A stretch of 64,000 nucleotides of DNA from Camelus dromedarius (taxonomy: Eukaryota), in the NCBI RefSeq assembly GCF_036321535.1, contig NC_087444.1, positions 80,290,001 to 80,354,000 on the forward strand, given 5' to 3'. Positions 53,006 through 64,000 of the stretch are shown here, in pieces. The notes under the pieces were generated by a model. That model was given only the letters and a program-made list of their open reading frames with translations, was not told where the DNA came from and ran no database searches. The position numbers were made by a program, and so were the translations under genes. Position 1 is the first letter of the stretch; every line of letters starts with the position of its first letter.

Positions 53006-55119
53006 TTTCGGCCTACCGTAGGAGTGCAGGTCCCATATGATAAATCCAGGCCAATACATCTATCTCCCTCAGCCTTCGGATTCTCTCTTCCACGTTGTAC
53101 CAGGGCAGCTGGGACGTCTCAGTCTCATTAACTTCAGGCCAAAGTTGAGTCCAGGTTTCAGTTAAGGTGTTAAACTACCTCTAGCTGCTCAAGCTGAAAT
53201 ATCAAATCTTGTAATTGTGGTAAGTGCACCAATACCAGGAAGTTCATCCCAATTTGTAAATGTGCTCTCCTTGACTTTAAAATCTGCTCCCACATGTGTT
53301 GCCCAGGTTTTCCCTGATATATGTACATATTAGCAAAGCCTTGAAATTTCTTGGTGTGTGAGCCATTTCCTCCTGAACTGCAGTATGTAACTCTCCCCAT
53401 GGAGTGGCTGAGATTTGACCTGGTTTTGTGTCTACAGCAATGGGAGATTTTTGGTGGGTCTTGTGGAGAATGGGCATCTGCCCCCAGTGAGATGATCAGA
53501 GGTTTTCAAGCAGAGGAGGGCTCATGTCCTCAGATACTGGAGAGCAAGCTACTTCTGGTAAGGGAGGGTCAGACTGACTTGGGGATTCAAGATTGTTATT
53601 TTTGCCTGGGTCTAATCAGATGTTCTCATTCCAAGTCTCCTTGTCGTATTCTTGAACAACCAGTGCCCTAATTTTCACATGATAAACTTGGCAAGACTAT
53701 GATTTCAACTGATATAAATCAGTTATGTGCACAGTCAAATTTTGTGTTTGATTTTCAGCAACATCAGCCCTAGCTACAAGAAATTAAATTGTTTTAGGGC
53801 TGTCATGAAAACTCTGCTTCTCAGCTTGAGCTGAGGGCTTAAGAACATGAATGTTTTGTATTCTTTCCGTACGTGCTCTGGTGGGCTCAGGACGCTCGGT
53901 CCCATGCCATAGTCCTTGCAGCTGTCATTGCCATAGAAGTTAAGTGCAGGAGCCCTGGGCTCCCAATACGTGTGCTTCAGTTGGCACTTCATCACAATCA
54001 ACCACAGGTGACAGCTTGTGTAATTGATAGACGGTGTGCCCTGGGTTACCAGCATCCTAGTTCCTGTTGGCAGGCAGCTCTGCCTTGTGCTCAGGCCTAA
54101 AGACACAGCCAAGCCAACCTCAGTCTTCACAGGCTGTCTTCTGGGACCATTCCCAGCACCAATTCTGTATGTATTTGGGTCTGGTAAATAGAGAGGAGCC
54201 ACACAGTGCTTTGAATAGGGAAAGTTTCATATATGGTCAGCACAGTGCCTTTGCAGATCGGTCCAGCACTGACCTTCTCTACACATGACATGAGTCACAC
54301 ACTTACCCTTCGGTGTCACACAGAATACCAGCCTCTCTGTTGCAGTAGCTTTTTTCACGAGACCAGACACATTCCTCTTCACAGTGCTTGCTGTTGGCAG
54401 CCAAGGCCTTCCTGAAGCCCTTTGCAGAGGAGTGACTTAGAGACCCTGACTCTTCCTCCCTCTTCTGTTCCCCATCTTTGTATCCTCATCCTTGTTGAGA
54501 TCTCTCACATTCTGTTGTCTAGCTGGGCCTGGGTCTGCAGGGCCAGCCCTTCTATCCAGACCCTTCCCCCCAGAACCTTCCAGCAATCCCATGGACTCCT
54601 TCCTGAGGGTGTTGACATGCATTAATGAGGACGGGGCCTCCTTCTGCAATCTAACACTGTTAACTGGCATTTCTCTGCGTTCAGGTTGTCTGTGCTTCAC
54701 CTCTTGAGCAGGTAAAGAGCTGCAGGGCCCACCCATCAGAACGCCCTTTATGTGTGGGGAGTGTGGCAGTTTTCCAGGCCAGCTTGGGCCTCGTCCAGCA
54801 GTGGGCCACTCCTGGTATGGGGGAGCTACAGAGGAGCACTGTGGAGACTGTCCCTCACAGCTCCTGCCTCAGGTAGCACCCAGGAGTCATGTGGGACAGA
54901 AGCCCTTCAAGTGCAGAAATCTTTCCTGAAGAGCTCTGCCCTCGTCAGCTGCCTAGAAACTCACACTGAATTGATTGAGATCCTGTAGGGTGGACATGCC
55001 TTCAAGGAGAAATCAACTCACTACTCAGAAAAATTCACACGGGAGAAACATCCTTTATGTGTGAGGAGGTGGGAGCGCCTTCAGTTGCACTCCAAATGGA
55101 GCACATGTCAGTTTACACA

Positions 55120-55178
55120 CTGTACACCAGGAATTGACACAGCATTGTAAACTGAGTATATACTTCAATTAAGAAAAG
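55120..55178 (+). mobile_element. Short L1 3' tail inserted in the pseudogene finger exon
   Basis: tgtacaccaggaattgacacagcattgtaaactgagtatatacttcaatt matches the reverse complement of the L1 end at 43645-43695. Confidence 0.75.
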
Positions 55179-56019
55179 AAGTTCACACAGAAAGAAAATA
55201 TTACAAGTGCAGTGAATGTGGGAAGACATACAGCCACAAATCCACATTTGTTCAGCACCAGGGAATTCAGGAATGCAAGGCCTTATGAATGCAGCAAATG
55301 TGGAAAAACCTTCATCCTCGTATCTACGCTCATTTGGCACCAGAAAGTTCACTGGGGAAAGGCCCTATAAATGCACTGAACATGGGAAATTCTTTAGTCA
55401 AAGCTCTAACCTCATTGGACACCAGTGAGCTCACACAGTAGCAAGGCCTTATGAATGCACTGAATGTGGGAAAGCCTGCAGCAGAATCTCATCTCAGCCG
55501 GCACTAAAAGGTTCACATGAGAGAAAAGCCGTAAGATTGCCACCAGCATGGGAAACTTCATTGAAATATCCACATGTAATTGGTACCGGAAAGCTCTGGA
55601 TACGGAAAGGCCTCGTATGTGCAGCCCATGTCTGAGAGCTTCTACCTACATCTCCCAGCTTAACACCAGATATTGTCTGAAAGCCTTCAGATATAGTTGC
55701 ACCTCATTCAGCACCAGAAAATTCACAACCCCAAAAAGGACTTATGAATGCAGTGGATGTGGAAGATCTTTCCGCCAAAGTACCAAACTTGTTCTATATG
55801 CAAGGTTTCACACCATAGAAAATCTTCAGTGCAGCCAAGGTAGGAAAACCATTAATTGCACCTCCACTGTTACCCAGCATCAGACAGTTCACACTGGAGA
55901 AAGGCCTCAGGAGTACGATGAAAGTGGGAGAGCCTTTGGCCATGGCTGTCAACCTTGTGTAACCTCGCAGCAGAGGTTGAGGGTGCAGACTTTGCAAGGG
56001 AGCCATCTGTGGAAGTTCA

Positions 56020-56590
56020 GCTTTGTGCTAGTACCATATTTTCTGTTGCTGTGAACAAATGACCACAATTACTAACACACTCATTTGTTAGCTCAATTCT
56101 GAGGTCAGAATTCTGGCATGACATGGCTATCCTCGGCTCCTGCTGAGATAAAGGTACTGCCTAGACTGAGTCCTTTCTGGAGGTTCTGGAGGGAAATCTA
56201 CTTTCATGATCACTTTTTGTTGGCAAAATTCACTTCCTTGTTGTCGTAGGACTGTGATCTCTGTTTCCTTGCTGGTTGTTAGCTGAGGAAGACGCTCAGC
56301 TCCTACGTGTCACCTACTTTCCCTGATATGTGGGCCCTTTCATCTTCTAGCCAGTAATAGTTGATCAGATCTCTTCCATACTTGGAGTCTCTGACTTCCT
56401 CTTCTGCTGACAATTGGAGAAAACTGCTTTTAAAGGGCCTGTGTGATTAGATCAGGCCCACTTAGATAATCTACATTTCTGAATGTCATCTGTGCCACGT
56501 AGCAACCTAATCATGGGAGTAAAGTCCATCATATTCAATCTCATGGATTAGGTTGGAAGAGTCTTGAGAGCCATCTTAGAATTCTGCCTA
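56020..56590 (-). mobile_element. MaLR (MLT1) LTR
   Basis: ttctgttgctgtgaacaaatgaccacaa...ccatcttagaattctgcctacta. Confidence 0.8.
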
Positions 56591-56929
56591 CTATGCTTGT
56601 ATGTTCTAACAGTCCTACTGGGGAGATTCCCTGTAAGTGCTGGGTATGTGGAAAATTTTCCAGAGCTACTGATTGGCCCTGGGCCAGGGCCTGTGGTAGA
56701 AACCATGTAACCTCTACCAGCTGCCACAGTGAGGATCAGTCACCCAGCATGCTCAGGGAAGGAAGACCTTGGTGCAGTCCTTTCCTAGAGGGAATCCTGA
56801 GTGGCCTGAGCCCTTTAGGGGACTTCATGGCCTCCTCACTGATGGTTTAAGCATGGATGTGACCCACCCTTGGCCAAGAGGACCTGAGCTGGGGTCTGCT
56901 CAGGGCTTAGAGAGAAGGTCTCTCTTCTT

Positions 56930-56975
56930 CTTTTTTTTTTTTTTTTAAGTTTTTTTGGGGGGAGGGTAGGTAATT
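56930..56975 (-). mobile_element. Tail-only (5'-truncated) SINE with 14-bp TSD
   Basis: AGGTCTCTCTTCTT at 56916-56929 and 56976-56989; the insert is the reverse complement of the SINE tail taattacc...ccccaaaaaa plus poly(A). Confidence 0.8.
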
Positions 56976-57384
56976 AGGTCTCTCTTCTTGATGGATGTTG
57001 TTCACCCCACACGTGATGCCCATGTGACAGCTGTCTAGCTTCCAATTCTTCCAGCCCAGGAACTGCCTGCCTCACACCACCCTGGATTGTGTCATGATAA
57101 ATGGCTTAAACCATATTTAACCCTGGGGTTTCTGTTCATTGTGTAGGATGGACTGAGAACAAAATTGGGCACTGCTGGTCTGAAGGAGAGTGAAGACCTT
57201 TGATGGGAAGTCTTGACACTGCTTCAGAGGGGGGACAGCAGGATGGTAGCGAGCAGGTCTAAATTCAGGTTTGGTCTTATTTGTCTTGCTGCCTAAGATC
57301 TCCTTGCAAAGAATGAAGACCTCTGTGGGCCAGATCTTGTGGCCAGAGTGTCAGGGCTACATGTTGGACCCAGAGCTCAAAACA

Positions 57385-58630
57385 GATCATAGAGTTGAGT
57401 GTGAAGCACAAAACTACACCTTCTAAAAGATAACAGGGAAAAAAATCTAGGTGACTTTGAGTTCGGCATTTAGATGACTTTTAGATACAACACAAAGAGC
57501 ATGATCCAAGAAGAAAAAAAACCGGTTGGACATCTCTAAAATTAGAAGTTCTGCTCTGTGAAAGGTACCATGAAAGAGAATGAAAAGACAAGCCCTGGAC
57601 TAGGAGAAAATATTTGCAAAACACATCTGATAAGGGACTTTTATCCAAAATACACCAAAAAAAAAACCCCTCTTAAAACTCAACAATAAGAAATCAATTT
57701 CAAAAGGGCAAAAGATCTGAAGAGACACCTCACGAAAGAAGATACACAGCTGGCAGATCAGATGAAAATACTCTCAATGTCATATGCCATCAGGGAATTA
57801 CAAGTTTAAACAACAATATCACTACATATCTATCAGAATGGCTGAAGTCCAAAATACTGAGAACAGGAGGAAACAGAACTCTGATTCACTGCTGTTGAGA
57901 ATGCAAAATGGTACAGCCACTTTGGAAGACAATTGGGTAGTTTCTTACAAAGTTAAATACAGTTCTATCGTATGACCCAGCAATCACACTCCTAGGTATT
58001 TACGGAAATGTGTTGAAAACATGTCCATATAGAAACCGGCACATGAATGTTTATAGCAGTTTTATTCATAATTGCTTATAACTAGACTCAAAATCAGATG
58101 CCATTCAATAGGTAAAGGGATAAAGAATCTGGACATTCATACAATGCAATTATTTAGCAATAAAAAGAACTAAGCTATCAAGCCACAAAAAGGGAGAAAT
58201 CTTAAATGCGTATTCCTAAGTGAAAAAGTCAGTCTGAGAAATGTACATTCTGTATAATTCCAACTCTGACATTCTGGCTATGGTAAAACTGTAGAGACAA
58301 TACAATAGTGGTTGCCAGGGACTTGAGGACAGAGGGAGGGATGAACAGATGGAGAACAGGGGGTTTTTCATGCAGCAAAACTATCCTGTATAATACTGTA
58401 ATGGTTGACACGTGACATTATGCATTTGTCAAAACCCATAAAATTACAGTACAAAAGGTGAACTCTAGTGTAAACTATGGATGTTAATGTATAAATGTGG
58501 GTTGTGACAAACATACCACACGTTAACAGTAGGGGCAACTGTGCAGGGAGAGATAGGGAATATGGAGACTACCATCTGCTCAATTTTCCATAAACCTTGA
58601 ACTGCTCTTAAGTATTAAAACAAAAAATAA
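57385..58630 (+). mobile_element. Old L1M (MC/MD type) 3' region
   Basis: gagaatgaaaagacaagccctggactaggagaaaatatttgcaaaac...gaactctagtgtaaactatgg. Confidence 0.85.
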
Positions 58631-58989
58631 AAAACCTAGGGTAATACTGGTGTCAGGGAAAAAAATATGCTTTCTAAATAGTGGACAGAGCGTCTCTGAC
58701 ACCATCAACCACATGCTCACCCTCCTCTACTAGACCCCAAATCTGAGAAGGGCATGGACTGTAATGGGGTAGGTATAAGCCTACCGTCCCCAGCGTAAGT
58801 TCAGGCCAGACCTGTGTGAGTCCAATGACCGGTAGGTACGTCGCTTTCACCGTGGGGCACGGAAAACGCAACCCATCTGAAAAAACAAACGCTGACCTTC
58901 CCCACACCTGCCGAGCTCCCCCAGTTGTTGGTGCTCCAGCTGCTCACTAGACTCGGGTCAGGGGTGCCTTTCTGAGTCTCCGTCTCCTG

Positions 58990-59723
58990 CTCCGTTAAGT
59001 AAACACAAACCCAAGGGCGACTTTCTGACGGCCGCGGGCACGGATGGGCTTTGGCGGAGGGCGGACAATCGCCGCGGTCACCGCGCGTACAGGGTGTGGG
59101 GGGACCTGCCAGACGCTCGTGTCTTGCTCTCGTTTGCGAGGGCCCGGGGAGCCCCCAGGAAGCCTCCGGGACGCCATCTCCCGCGCAGCGGCCCTGACTC
59201 TCCGCCCCGCGCTGCTCCAAAGCAACAGCGAGGTCCGGCGCCGGAAGTTCCTGCCCCGCCGGCGCAGCTCTCCTGGAAACGCTCCTCTGCTGGGCTGTCT
59301 TTGGCGGTACGGACGCACTGCAGTCCGTCGCTTATGGGGAACGTAGTTCGTACGTGCCGCGAACGCGGTCACAGGTGACGCGGAAGCCCAGTTAATGGAG
59401 GTCTGCGGGCAGAGGCACCACCCGACAGCGCGGATGGGGCGGGACTTCCGGCGTTGCAGGCTGTGCGCGTTTTGCCGCGGCTGGTGGTCCGTGCGAGAGT
59501 TTTCAGGGCTGCGCTGGCACCGCCGAGACCACCCTGGCGCGGGGACGCGCAGGGACCCTCGCCGCGCGTTAGCTCGCGCCGTGACCCCGGGGCATCACTC
59601 CTCCTTCCTGAGACTCGCTGTCGCCCTCTGAGAACCTTCGGCAGTAGCGGACTTCTGCGCGCAGGGCGGGGTGGCGAGTAGGGATCTCAGCTGCATCCGC
59701 GGAAACTCTGCCCACAAGTTCTG

Positions 59724-59741
<18 letters not shown>
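58990..59741 (+). promoter_or_regulatory. ZNF584: CpG-island promoter and exon 1 of ZNF584
   Basis: CpG-dense; CCGGAAGT, GGGAACGTAGTT (ZNF143-like) and GGCGGGACTTCCGG motifs. Confidence 0.75.
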
Positions 59742-63897
<4,156 letters not shown>

Positions 63898-64000
63898 ATG
63901 AGTGAGGCCAAGGGACGCCTTGATTGCAGTGACGGATATCTGTGTGCACTGGCATTTTGTTGCTGGGGCCAGTGACCTTACCATATTCCCACCTTTCTTA

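Larger units (their letters stand above)
50830..53420 (-). mobile_element. ERVL (HERVL/MERVL-like) internal gag-pol relic
   Basis: The - strand reads [26 protein letters not shown]...AVPEVVSLLQQINRTSGTWHAAI...HQKPFAF...LPQDCISSALCH...RDLD, the N-terminal ERVL reverse transcriptase; interrupted by a SINE and an MLT1. Confidence 0.8.
47200..55960 (+). pseudogene. ZNF584-like KRAB zinc-finger pseudogene (tandem paralog)
   Basis: KRAB-A exon 49672-49800 is 129 nt rather than 127 (+2 frameshift; [38 protein letters not shown]). Finger exon from 54685 contains [33 protein letters not shown] and VHTGERPQE, with stops, frameshifts and an L1 tail insertion. Confidence 0.85.

Noticed and set aside
53707-53724. 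Inverted repeat AACTGAT-ataa-ATCAGTT
   Set aside because: A 7-bp arm is expected by chance in 64 kb; no supporting context

Overview
Mammalian genomic DNA with the gene order of human 19q13.43: A1BG(-), ZNF497(-), ZNF837(-), RPS5(+), RNF225(+), then a ZNF584-family cluster. Orthology calls rest on my recall of the protein sequences, not on a database search. The tRNA-derived SINEs resemble the camelid Vic-1 family, so the source is probably alpaca, llama or camel (inference). Three genes are intact with canonical GT-AG boundaries where spliced: A1BG (8 exons, 503 aa), RPS5 (5 coding exons, 204 aa) and RNF225 (single coding exon, 323 aa). The zinc-finger genes around them are mostly decayed. 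ZNF497 has an open final exon but no ATG, 5 of 9 fingers broken, and a dead SCAN exon upstream. ZNF837 is an eroded relic. There are three ZNF584-like units: an inverted finger fragment, a full-length pseudogene, and a probably live copy that runs off the window end. That last copy has lost the normal KRAB-B donor (GT>AT) but has an in-frame GTAAG donor upstream. The window also holds several solo LTRs with exact target-site duplications (TSDs), an ERVL pol relic, L1/L2/MIR/MaLR/MER repeats, orphan CpG-island promoters and two N gaps. I see no prokaryotic features, CRISPR arrays, rRNA or true tRNA genes, and no evidence for a wholly new biological system. The best leads concern KRAB/SCAN zinc-finger gene birth and death and splice-site rescue.
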